A stretch of 64,000 bases of DNA from Patescibacteria group bacterium. GTDB lineage: Bacteria > Patescibacteriota > Patescibacteriia > Patescibacteriales > WJLG01. The stretch covers positions 651-64,650 of the forward strand of contig JAQUPS010000006.1 of the NCBI GenBank assembly GCA_028716485.1. Reading direction: 5' to 3'. Position 1 is the stretch's first letter, and the number at the start of each line of letters is the position of its first letter. The notes under the pieces were generated by a model. That model had not been told where the DNA came from and made no database searches. It saw only the letters and a list, made by a program, of their open reading frames with translations. The translations under genes were made by a program, and so were the position numbers. Below, in pieces: positions 1 through 8,771 of this stretch.

Positions 1-92
1 TACTAAATTTATTAACGAGAATCCACTGGGCGAGTACTCATTAAGAGGCGCGCCCGCCCAGTGGTCGTTCTCTTAAAATTAATAATACGACC

Positions 93-392
93 ATGGACCA
101 AAATCAAAATCAAACCAGAGAAACGGCAGTTGTAGAATTGCCGTTTTCTAAGAAAAAAGTTAAGCATTACACCTACCTCCTGGCCAAGGATCTCTTCGGC
201 TTCAGGAAGTGCGAAAACACCGATCAGTACGTCTGCGAAACCTGCATCGTTGACATTGATGGCGATGAAAAGGATATTTTTGAAAAGGTTAAAAATTTGC
301 GTGGGAAAGATTACAAGGTCTTGGAGAAAATCTTCTTGAAAATGTTTAAGGACGAGACCGAAGAGACCGAGGAAAAAAAAACCTCTTCCTAG
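93..392 (+). CDS. hypothetical protein; possibly the 5' part of a longer gene (the -1 frame stays open to 589)
   Basis: 99-aa ORF ends 11 nt after an A9 run (373-381). The -1 frame then reads LEYYDYFRGEGDLPRQAMTLEICKYMGWDFYQYQEQPQPFINLILMRMSAEARAREYFNNKYNSEK and stops at 587-589, just before a hairpin terminator. Confidence 0.4.
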   Translation: MDQNQNQTRETAVVELPFSKKKVKHYTYLLAKDLFGFRKCENTDQYVCETCIVDIDGDEKDIFEKVKNLRGKDYKVLEKIFLKMFKDETEETEEKKTSS

Positions 393-592
393 AATACTAC
401 GATTACTTTCGCGGGGAAGGTGATTTGCCGAGACAGGCAATGACGCTCGAAATCTGCAAGTATATGGGCTGGGACTTCTATCAGTACCAAGAACAGCCAC
501 AGCCATTTATTAATTTGATTCTGATGCGCATGAGCGCGGAAGCCCGGGCCCGAGAGTATTTTAACAATAAATATAACAGTGAAAAATAAAAA

Positions 593-619
593 CATCCCCG
601 ACCAAATCGGCCGGGGATG
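593..619. terminator. hairpin between convergent genes (catccccg / cggggatg)
   Basis: 8-bp GC-rich inverted repeat 593-600 / 612-619, flanked by A/T runs, between the + gene ending near 589 and the - gene ending at 636. Confidence 0.55.
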
Positions 620-635
620 TTAAAACAAGAAATTA

Positions 636-1418
636 TTAGAGTTCTTTTTCCAACACTTGCCATGCTTTTTCGGCGGAGAGTGGCAATCTCAAATTTTTTT
701 CAACCACCGTATTATGCTCGATGAAAATTTGTTTAATGCGGTTTTTGCTCAGATTTAATTTTAGCGTAATTCGCCTGACTAAATCTAAGATTCCGGGAGC
801 CAACGATGAAGATAGAGAATCAAAATTAGGGGAGAATGGCGGATGTTTTTTAAGCAATTCCGGATTGTCTATCCCGCCCAAATTATTCGGCTCATTCAAA
901 TCAAGATAACAGACTTCGAGGTATGTTTGCAAGGATGCTTCTGTCCGCATTTCTTTCGCCAGAATACCCGCCAAACTTGAACGATCGTTGCGATATAAAC
1001 CCCAATCTCCGTTTACGGAATGCGTTGCAAGTTGCCTGTTTAGCGAGATCTTATCAACATCATTGTTAAACGTTTCATTAATAGCAGACCATTCCTCGTC
1101 TATTTTATCGGCCTCATCCTTTGATACGACAAGGCGAACATGATTAGGACGAGTGCGAACGAACATAAATTCTCCGCAATACTGGCATTTAGTTTTTGCC
1201 CCGGGAATTTTAGGGAGAATTTTGTGGCAATTCGGGCATTCCGCCTTCCGCTCATCTTTTATTTTGATTTGCTCTAATTCTTTATCCAGTATTTCTTGAG
1301 CAGGTGGCTGAACATTTTCCATTGATCCTTTAAATTTTTCAGCAACATTATTCTTTGCCACACGAAAGAAAAATTTAAATAATTTTTCTAAAAATCCCAT
1401 ATTACTGTTTAACAACAT
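636..1418 (-). CDS. hypothetical protein with a central zinc-ribbon (CPNC...CQYC)
   Basis: 260-aa ORF with CPNCHKILPKIPGAKTKCQYCGE. An alternative start MGFLEK at 1400 would avoid overlap with the upstream ORF. Confidence 0.55.
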   Translation of the reverse strand: MLLNSNMGFLEKLFKFFFRVAKNNVAEKFKGSMENVQPPAQEILDKELEQIKIKDERKAECPNCHKILPKIPGAKTKCQYCGEFMFVRTRPNHVRLVVSKDEADKIDEEWSAINETFNNDVDKISLNRQLATHSVNGDWGLYRNDRSSLAGILAKEMRTEASLQTYLEVCYLDLNEPNNLGGIDNPELLKKHPPFSPNFDSLSSSLAPGILDLVRRITLKLNLSKNRIKQIFIEHNTVVEKNLRLPLSAEKAWQVLEKEL

Positions 1419-1641
1419 ATTGATATTTGCATTTTGGACACCCAGTATACTTGGTTGATATTCGCCAAATCGGATAAATAAATCCGATTGCTATAAAAAA
1501 TAAAGCCAATGGACCGATAACAAAGAGTCCAATGAAGCTAAAAATAATTATTAAAACGCAAAATAATTCGATCAAAATTGAACCTTTAACGTAAGATGCT
1601 GATTTTCCCTCGTAGCCACAATTGGGGCATTTGATAAGCAT
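1402..1641 (-). CDS. small membrane protein with a split zinc-ribbon (CPNC ... CPKC) flanking two TM helices
   Basis: 79-aa ORF: N-terminal CPNCGYEG, a hydrophobic core, then C-terminal CPKCKYQY. Confidence 0.55.
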   Translation of the reverse strand: MLIKCPNCGYEGKSASYVKGSILIELFCVLIIIFSFIGLFVIGPLALFFIAIGFIYPIWRISTKYTGCPKCKYQYVVKQ

Positions 1642-1726
1642 ATTTTTAAAAATTATCCGGAATGTCCGGGATTAATAATTCAATTTTAACGCTAACATAT
1701 CAACCAATTTAAGTCAACTTTCTTAT

Positions 1727-3817
1727 ATGGCCGATAATAAAACCGAGCTACAAATTGTCTTAACCGCGATCGATAATGCCTCCAAAGAATTGGAGAAGGT
1801 TAAGAGTTCCCTAGGAGGATTAGATGATCAAGCTAAAAAATCTTCTCAGGGTCAGGAAAGCATGGCTGCCTCAGTTTTTAAGGGTGTTATGGCTTGGGAT
1901 TTACTAAAAAAGGGGGTTGGGGAGGCCACTAATTTTATTAAAGACAGTATTGAAGCTTCAATGCAAGCCCAAGCTGAGATGGCTATTGTAAAACAGAACG
2001 TGGAAAATGCCGGCCTCTCTTATGATGCGATAAAAGATAAGCTCGATGCCTACTCTAAATCGATGCTTCAGATGGGTTTTGACGATGAAGACACGGCCAC
2101 CAGCGTATCAAAATTATTATTGGTAACAAAAAATTACAATCAAGCACTTACCATGAATCAATTGGCGATGGATCTTGCGCGAAATAAACATATTAGCCTC
2201 GCCGAAGCTACTAGCCAGGTAATTCTCGTAAGTCAAGGAGTCACGAAACAATTAAAGGGGTACGGGATTGAATTAGATGATACCGCTTCCGCTGCTGATA
2301 ATTTGGCAAGTCTTCAGGACAAGGTTAAAGGTTCTGCTGAGGCGTTCGCCAATACAACTCAGGGGAAGATGCAAGTAGTGTCTGTAACCTGGAAAAATTT
2401 CGAGGAGCAGATAGGCGATATTTTTGGTCCGGCACTCAATGTAGCATTGAGTAATTTTAATTCTTTTTTAAACGCGGCAAATTCTAATTCAGGATCTTTT
2501 GCCAAATCTGCATCTAGAACTTTGGCGATGGTGGTCAACCCTGATTCCTGGAAGGCGGGAGGGCTACAAATAATAAACGAGGCTATAAATAAACCCATAG
2601 AAAGCTTCGGTAATGCGATTGTTGGTCTATCAGATAAAATTTACGGAACAAAATCAAAGGTAAATACACCCTACGAAGATCTCCAAAAAACAATTGATAG
2701 TTTAGACGGAAAAATTAACGAAGCAACTAATTCAGCTTTAAATTTACAATCTTCAGTCAAATTACAAGTTCCCGATATTAAAGATCCTTTCAAGGGAATT
2801 GGGAAGGGCGCGGGTGATGCCAAACAGCAGGCCGACGATCTTAAAAAAGCTTTATCCGGATTGGGAGATGAATATAAAACTTTAAAGCAATCCGGGTCCA
2901 ATGCCCTCTCAGAACTCGCCTACGACCATGAAAATAAAATGGCGTCGATTCGCGATGAGATCACAAAAACAAATCAGGTAATGGAAGACCTGGCAAAATC
3001 TTACAGTCAAACGCAAACCGACGATACCAAATCCGTCGCCGAGCAAATCGTCGCTACCGAGCAAAAAGTTGCCGATCTTAAACAGCAACTCAACGACGAG
3101 ACCGACAGCAAAAAGAAAGCCGATCTGATGAAGCAACTGAATCAGGAGCAGGCGGCTCTCGCCGGCAGCGCTGATTTTGAAAAGTCGATCGATGCGGCCG
3201 TGGTTGAAGCTCGCCGGCGCGCGAACGAAACAGATCTGCAGCGTGCGATCGAAGATTATCAATCCAAGCGATCTATCGCCACGCAAGAATATACCGACAA
3301 GTTGATGGACCTTCAAAACCAAATGAATGCCCAGGTTGCGGCGCAACAGCAAGAGATTGGTTTGTATAACGATAAGGTGAAAAAAATCAAAGATATCATG
3401 GACACGGCCGACAAAGATTACGCCACTGTGATGGACAGCCATTATAAAAAGACGGCCGACACGGTCAACGCCGAAATAGATCTCTTTAAAGCCCTGGCCA
3501 AGGCGATATCCGATTCACAGTCTGCGCAAAGCGCTTCGATCTTGACGACCAAGACCGCCAGCATTCCGATATCCGGCAAGAAGGCGGCCGGCGGACCGGT
3601 CGGGATAGGGGAGGCTTATCTGGTGGGGGAGCAAGGACCTGAAATTTTTGTCCCGGGCGCGAGCGGAAACATCGTGCCAAATAATAAAGTCGGCGGAAAT
3701 AGTACCAGTATTGTGATCAATGTCACCGGCAATCACTTCATGAACGAAAGGGATTTTGACAATATGATTGATAAATCAGTCATGAAAAAACTGCGGCAAA
3801 ATACTATGGTTTATTGA
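1727..3817 (+). CDS. phage tail tape measure protein
   Basis: 696 aa, long coiled-coil Q/K/E/A-rich body. The C-terminal GGPVGIGEAYLVGEQGPEIFVPGASGNIVPN motif is typical of tape measure proteins. Confidence 0.8.
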   Translation: MADNKTELQIVLTAIDNASKELEKVKSSLGGLDDQAKKSSQGQESMAASVFKGVMAWDLLKKGVGEATNFIKDSIEASMQAQAEMAIVKQNVENAGLSYDAIKDKLDAYSKSMLQMGFDDEDTATSVSKLLLVTKNYNQALTMNQLAMDLARNKHISLAEATSQVILVSQGVTKQLKGYGIELDDTASAADNLASLQDKVKGSAEAFANTTQGKMQVVSVTWKNFEEQIGDIFGPALNVALSNFNSFLNAANSNSGSFAKSASRTLAMVVNPDSWKAGGLQIINEAINKPIESFGNAIVGLSDKIYGTKSKVNTPYEDLQKTIDSLDGKINEATNSALNLQSSVKLQVPDIKDPFKGIGKGAGDAKQQADDLKKALSGLGDEYKTLKQSGSNALSELAYDHENKMASIRDEITKTNQVMEDLAKSYSQTQTDDTKSVAEQIVATEQKVADLKQQLNDETDSKKKADLMKQLNQEQAALAGSADFEKSIDAAVVEARRRANETDLQRAIEDYQSKRSIATQEYTDKLMDLQNQMNAQVAAQQQEIGLYNDKVKKIKDIMDTADKDYATVMDSHYKKTADTVNAEIDLFKALAKAISDSQSAQSASILTTKTASIPISGKKAAGGPVGIGEAYLVGEQGPEIFVPGASGNIVPNNKVGGNSTSIVINVTGNHFMNERDFDNMIDKSVMKKLRQNTMVY

Positions 3818-4005
3818 AGTGATTCCGATTCGGCTCCTTTTAAAAATTCGATAACGACAGCAAAGAGAGCGTGGTTTACCCTATTGTTTCGATTGATCAC
3901 GCACTCCTCAAGATTCATTTCCTTTTCGCATTTATCACAAGTACCAAAGGGACACTTTACCGGCTTATTTAATTCTTTCTCCATTTCCTCGATGTTGTTT
4001 GACAT
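3811..4005 (-). CDS. small Cys-rich hypothetical protein, antisense to the tail module
   Basis: 64-aa ORF with CPFGTCDKCEKEMNLEEC. It fills the 224-nt gap between tape measure and hub genes. No obvious SD. Confidence 0.3.
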   Translation of the reverse strand: MSNNIEEMEKELNKPVKCPFGTCDKCEKEMNLEECVINRNNRVNHALFAVVIEFLKGAESESLQ

Positions 4006-4041
4006 GAATTTATAGTTAATAATTACGAGCTAATTATAGCA

Positions 4042-5544
4042 ATGATATCAATAAAAATAAACGGAAACGACTTGAGCAGCCTGATCGATTGGGCGAGCTT
4101 GTCACTGGATCAGGAACTCACCAATGTTGTTGATGTTTTGAGCTTTAATTATAGCAAGTACGGCGATCGGGTTTACATCCCGGCAATCAACGACGAGGTC
4201 GAGCTCTACGAGGGCGCTGGCAAGATCTTCGGGGGCTACATAACGAACATTGTGGAATCGAACGTCAGCAACGCTGATGGCATCCTGTACGCTGTCCAGG
4301 CCTCAGATTATAGCTGCGCCTTCAACAGCATTCTCGCCACCAAAAGCTATGCCAACCAAACTATTGCGGCAATCATCACCGACCTGATCAGTTCCTTCGC
4401 TCCAGACTTCACCACTGCCAATGTGATCGGAAGTTTCGTGATCACTAAAATTGTTTTTAACGAAATGTACCTGGTCGATGCGCTGAAGAAGCTGGCCGAC
4501 ATCGTCAAATATGACTGGCACGTCGATCAAAATAAAGACCTGCACTTTTTCCCGCAGATGACAAATATCGCGCCGTTCAGCCTCACTGATACCGGCGGAA
4601 ATCACATCAACGAAACTCTGAGCCGCACGATCGACGGCACGCAAATCGTGAATCAGGTCAAAGTACGCGGCGGAGAATCCGACGGCGATACCTATACCGA
4701 CGTGATCACGGTCAACGGTTCTAACAGCTCAATTTTTGTCCTGCCATACCAGTTCAGCAATCTGACGATCCAGGTCGACACCGGATCCGGCTATGTCGCC
4801 AAAACAGTCGGTCAAGATTTTCATGATGACCCGTCGACCAAGGACTGCTTGTATAACAACAACGACAAGACGATCAAATTCCCGGCCGTCCTGGGCGATG
4901 GCAATAAAATTAAATTCAGCGGCAACCCGAAAGTTCCGGTCATGTCGATCATTTCCAACCAGGGCAGCATCGGCCTGTACGGCCTCAGAGAGAAGATGAT
5001 TGATGCTCCTAACATTATTGATATGGCGACAGCCCGGCAGCGCGCCAAGGCCGAATTATTGGCTTACCAATACGGCTGCAAGGAGATCACTTTTGACACT
5101 TACAGCAGCGGCTTGCGCGTGGGAATGATCATCAACCTGAACAGCGTGCGGCGTTCGGTCAATGAAAGTTATGTGATCAAAAAAATCACTTTCCAGGCGC
5201 AGACCCCGACCAATTTTTATTACTCGGTCGATGCCATCACCACCAACCAGCAGCAGCTCGTCAACCTGCTGCAGAAGCTGGTCACTAAAGACCAGGGCAG
5301 TCTCGATGACAGTGTTATAGCCGAAACGATTCTCACCGACATGAGCGATGTTGACATCACCGAAATAATCAGAAAAATATCGCCGCTCCTGGATCGCGTT
5401 GATCTTTCACTTTCGGAAACGATCAACAAGGATCCGCTCGGTGCCGGCGTTGAGCCGACTTGGGTGCTCAGTCCTTACACTCCGACCTCGGCAGCCGATC
5501 CGAAACGCCCGGGCCGTCTCGATATTTCATTAAAATTATATTGA
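4042..5544 (+). CDS. phage tail / baseplate hub-like protein (late-control-D / XkdQ-like N-terminus)
   Basis: 500 aa directly after the tape measure. N-terminus ISIKINGNDLSSLIDWASLSLDQELT...VELYEGAGKIFGGYITNI resembles tail hub proteins. Assigned by position and motif only. Confidence 0.6.
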   Translation: MISIKINGNDLSSLIDWASLSLDQELTNVVDVLSFNYSKYGDRVYIPAINDEVELYEGAGKIFGGYITNIVESNVSNADGILYAVQASDYSCAFNSILATKSYANQTIAAIITDLISSFAPDFTTANVIGSFVITKIVFNEMYLVDALKKLADIVKYDWHVDQNKDLHFFPQMTNIAPFSLTDTGGNHINETLSRTIDGTQIVNQVKVRGGESDGDTYTDVITVNGSNSSIFVLPYQFSNLTIQVDTGSGYVAKTVGQDFHDDPSTKDCLYNNNDKTIKFPAVLGDGNKIKFSGNPKVPVMSIISNQGSIGLYGLREKMIDAPNIIDMATARQRAKAELLAYQYGCKEITFDTYSSGLRVGMIINLNSVRRSVNESYVIKKITFQAQTPTNFYYSVDAITTNQQQLVNLLQKLVTKDQGSLDDSVIAETILTDMSDVDITEIIRKISPLLDRVDLSLSETINKDPLGAGVEPTWVLSPYTPTSAADPKRPGRLDISLKLY

Positions 5545-5551
5545 TAAATTT

Positions 5552-6133
5552 ATGACCGAAGTGATTAAAAAAAAGACTCAGGAAGATGTCAAAAATCTTG
5601 CCAACATTAAGCAATTTATACTTGCCGAAGGCGTGCAGGAAAATGGCCCCGAGGTCAAAGCGATCCGCAAATTCGTGAAGAGCGGCGACATCGCCGACAT
5701 CCAGGAATATATCGACTCGGGAAAAATCGTTCAGATGGAAAAGCAGCACAACATCATCGTCGACACCGGACTTGAACAGATGGCGATGAGCCAATCCGGC
5801 GAGCGCGCGACTTCGCCAAATATCAATTACGGAATTTTAGGCACACACGTCACTCCGACACCGTTGCCGAGTTCGGTGATAGGGGATATCACTGAGGGAT
5901 TCCGGAAAATTGCCAGCAGCCGATCACACGATGCCAATGTCAGCTATATCGATTTCTTTTTTACCGCGGCCGACTGCAACGGAACCTATACGCAATTTGC
6001 GAACGTGATCGACGGCACCGGCACGCCGGGCAGCGGCATTTTGTGGAGCTACATCGCGCCGTCTCCGGCCTGGGTCAAGACAAACGCGCAAAGTCTTTTT
6101 ATCAGCTGCGAATATCATAATAATAACGCTTAA
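5552..6133 (+). CDS. phage-module hypothetical protein
   Basis: 193-aa ORF, 7 nt after the hub gene and 5 nt before the fibre gene. Confidence 0.5.
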   Translation: MTEVIKKKTQEDVKNLANIKQFILAEGVQENGPEVKAIRKFVKSGDIADIQEYIDSGKIVQMEKQHNIIVDTGLEQMAMSQSGERATSPNINYGILGTHVTPTPLPSSVIGDITEGFRKIASSRSHDANVSYIDFFFTAADCNGTYTQFANVIDGTGTPGSGILWSYIAPSPAWVKTNAQSLFISCEYHNNNA

Positions 6134-6138
6134 AATAT

Positions 6139-7599
6139 ATGGCACAGACCAAAGAAAATTACGCCTACGGCGACAATGGACTCTACCTGCAGATGAATCA
6201 GTCCGGGAAAAACGCGAACGATGCCGGCGGTTTTCGCGACACGATCAACGCGGCCGAAACCATCGGAATTTTAAAACCGGTTTTCTTGGATGATGCCACT
6301 GACAACTGGAAGTATGCCGATGCCGATGATACTGCCCGCCTAAAATTTGACGGCTTCAGTTTGGCGGCCGGGTCGGCAGGCGTGGCGATGCCGGCGCAAT
6401 GCTCGGGCGTGGTCCGCGGATTATCTTCGCTCGACCCTGGCAAAAAATACTACGTCCAGGATGACGGCACGATCGGAATTGTGCCCGGCACTAATTTGAT
6501 TTTAGTCGGCATCGCGATTAGTGCGACCGAACTCTTGATCATAAAAATAAATACGCCAGGCGATAAAGATTTTTTCGGCGACGGATCGGATGGTGACGTC
6601 ACGATCAGCGGCAACACAACTCTCAGCCGCGATATGTACTACAATAACCTGACGATCAATAATGGCGTTTGGTTAAATCCCGCCGGCTTCAAAATTTTTG
6701 TCAGAAATAAATTGACAAATAACGGCACGATCAAATCCAATGGCGGAGATGCCGGCGGTGGTGGCAATGGAACGAGTGCCAACCCTGGCAGTGGATCACC
6801 GGGCGGTACAGCTGGAACCGCAGGCGCAGCGGCTCACGGTGATGCTTCCCTGAAGGGATCTAAACCCGGACAGCCGGGAGGTGTTGGCGGATCGGGTGGG
6901 TACGCTGGGTCAAACGGTAGCGCGGCCGCGGCTCCAGGAAATGGAGTTCAGGAAACAAATTCATTGAGCCCGGTTGCCGGCGCAAGTTCTGGACCAGGTG
7001 GACAGGGCGGGGGATCAACTAGCAATAGCGGTGGTGGTTATTCGAGCAGCACTTCCGGGTCTGCTGCAGCTGCTCCGAATATCGGAGTAAGATGCAAAGC
7101 GATGATACAGCGCTTCCTAGAGGCAGCCGATGCAGTTTTAAGTTCATTCTCAAGATACGCCGGATCAAGTTCTGCCGGCGGAGGCGGTGGCGGCGGAGGT
7201 GGAGCGGGAACGAATGGGCAAGGATCTTATGCCGCTTCAGGCGGAGGCGGTGGCGGATCAGGTGGAAACGGCGGAAACATTTTTATTGCTGCGTATATCT
7301 TGATCAATAACGGAACCATCCAGGCCAACGGCGGAGCGGGCGGCAATGGCGGAAACGGCGGAAACGGATACAGTGATGGAAACGGTGCTGGCGGAGGCGG
7401 TGGCGGCGGAGCGGGCGGATCAGGAGGCCTAATTTATCTGTCATATTGGCTAATATCAACGCTCGGAACTGTTCAGGCGCTCGGCGGTACCAAAGGACTT
7501 AAGGGATCAAAAGGATCTCTCGGCCACGTCGCGGCGGCAGATGGAACCGACGGATCAGATGGTACAGCGGGAACCGTGACCTACAAGCAAATCTTATAA
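6139..7599 (+). CDS. glycine-rich tail fibre-like protein
   Basis: 486 aa with a globular N-terminus, then long GGxGGNGG tracts interleaved with NNGTI(K/Q)(S/A)NGG motifs. Last gene of the tail module. Confidence 0.6.
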   Translation: MAQTKENYAYGDNGLYLQMNQSGKNANDAGGFRDTINAAETIGILKPVFLDDATDNWKYADADDTARLKFDGFSLAAGSAGVAMPAQCSGVVRGLSSLDPGKKYYVQDDGTIGIVPGTNLILVGIAISATELLIIKINTPGDKDFFGDGSDGDVTISGNTTLSRDMYYNNLTINNGVWLNPAGFKIFVRNKLTNNGTIKSNGGDAGGGGNGTSANPGSGSPGGTAGTAGAAAHGDASLKGSKPGQPGGVGGSGGYAGSNGSAAAAPGNGVQETNSLSPVAGASSGPGGQGGGSTSNSGGGYSSSTSGSAAAAPNIGVRCKAMIQRFLEAADAVLSSFSRYAGSSSAGGGGGGGGGAGTNGQGSYAASGGGGGGSGGNGGNIFIAAYILINNGTIQANGGAGGNGGNGGNGYSDGNGAGGGGGGGAGGSGGLIYLSYWLISTLGTVQALGGTKGLKGSKGSLGHVAAADGTDGSDGTAGTVTYKQIL

Positions 7600-7603
7600 A
7601 ATC

Positions 7604-7637
7604 AAAAACACCGATCAAATTGACCGGTGTTTTTTTG
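7604..7637. terminator. intrinsic terminator (acaccg / cggtgt + T6), A-run on the other side
   Basis: Stem 7608-7613 / 7625-7630, T-run 7631-7636. Lies between convergent genes. Confidence 0.65.
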
Positions 7638-7646
7638 TGGCAAAAT

Positions 7647-8054
7647 TTATCTCGTCATCATGAAGAAAAAAAGCGCGAGAACTGCGATGACCACGCAGAT
7701 GATTATCACTGAATTTTTTTCCGCCGCATCTTTTATTTTCTCGCCGGCATCGTATTTGCCGGCGAGAAAATAATTATACAATTTTAATCCGGCAGCATCA
7801 CCTGAAGCGGAAAGATTTCCATCATCGTCTTCGGTGATAGTTAATTGATTTGTGGAAGGGGACCGATGCGAAAAATAAAGGTAGAGAAGTCCCGGGACGA
7901 TTCCCAAAATCAAAAGTATCAGGGCGATCAGGCAGCTGCCTTTTTGGCCCGGATTGTTCCGCTGATAGCTGAGCATTGAATCAGATTGATTGATCAGCAC
8001 CCAGTTGGCACCGTTCACGCTCATGAAGTTTTTAAATCCCTTCAGTGTTTGCAT
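7647..8054 (-). CDS. membrane protein, hypothetical
   Basis: 135-aa ORF with two clear hydrophobic helices. Confidence 0.5.
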   Translation of the reverse strand: MQTLKGFKNFMSVNGANWVLINQSDSMLSYQRNNPGQKGSCLIALILLILGIVPGLLYLYFSHRSPSTNQLTITEDDDGNLSASGDAAGLKLYNYFLAGKYDAGEKIKDAAEKNSVIIICVVIAVLALFFFMMTR

Positions 8055-8089
8055 AATTTTTTATCGTTAAAATTTTTTAAAGCCGCAAA

Positions 8090-8118
8090 TTGACAATACT
8101 TTAAAATAGATGTATATA
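8090..8118 (+). promoter_or_regulatory. sigma70-like promoter TTGACA-17-TATATA
   Basis: ttgaca at 8090-8095, 17-nt spacer, tatata at 8113-8118 preceded by tg. Followed by two hairpins (8122-8143 perfect 8 bp; 8147-8175 imperfect). Confidence 0.45.
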
Positions 8119-8228
8119 AGCGAGATGCCCGCAAAGGCATCTCTGGCCACAATCGACGTGAGCCGTCAATCGTGGTTAGACTAAATTATAACACTTTTTG
8201 TTGCTTGTCACAAAACCGCAAAATTGTT

Positions 8229-8522
8229 ATGAGTACAGTAATCTTGTCCGCCGATCGGGTCATGACCGGCAGACCACTCGAACTGGGATCAACATTCCGT
8301 GACGAGAATCACGCCTGGGTAGTTTTCCTCGGCTATGATGACCAACACCGGCGCGTTGCCGTCAATTACAAGGACCTCGAACGTATCATTAAAAACGGGT
8401 TAAAAGAGGAGTACCAGGTCAATGTGAGCGTTGCTAGGAAGCGCCGCCCGGCCGAACTTCCGGGACGAATTAAGAGGCTTATCCACAGCCAACTTACAAA
8501 ATTGACCGAACAGCTGGCATAA
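8229..8522 (+). CDS. hypothetical protein (97 aa from the internal ATG)
   Basis: The ORF track starts at a GTG at 8172. MSTVILSADR at 8229 is the first ATG, downstream of the structured leader. Confidence 0.4.
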   Translation: MSTVILSADRVMTGRPLELGSTFRDENHAWVVFLGYDDQHRRVAVNYKDLERIIKNGLKEEYQVNVSVARKRRPAELPGRIKRLIHSQLTKLTEQLA

Positions 8523-8771
8523 AAAATTAAAATGGACGCTCTTGCGCCCATTTTAAAAGACTATGGACAGAAATCCCAAACGGTGATATGATGATAGTAG
8601 AACATTACATCAAATCAACGTCGAGCATTAAACCTAAAAGTTTAATTTTTTTTGGGCCTTGGAATACTTCGCTTAATCTACATTATGCGAAGTAGTGCAT
8701 ATCTCAAGCCTGGCATCTTTGGGGCTTTTGCCGGCCTTTCCCCTACCGTTACTAACTGCTAAAATATAAAT

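Noticed and set aside
23-64. 10-bp inverted repeat ccactgggcg / cgcccagtgg at the window edge, considered as an att site or terminator
   Set aside because: It is a single occurrence with a 22-nt loop, no U tract and no matching direct repeat seen near the recombinase or the tail module. It cannot be interpreted without the upstream sequence.
6700-7450. GGN-rich tandem-like DNA, considered as a satellite or CRISPR-like array
   Set aside because: It lies inside one long open frame encoding glycine-rich tracts of the fibre-like protein. The alternative-frame ORF 7092-7310 (Arg-rich) is an artefact of the same low complexity.
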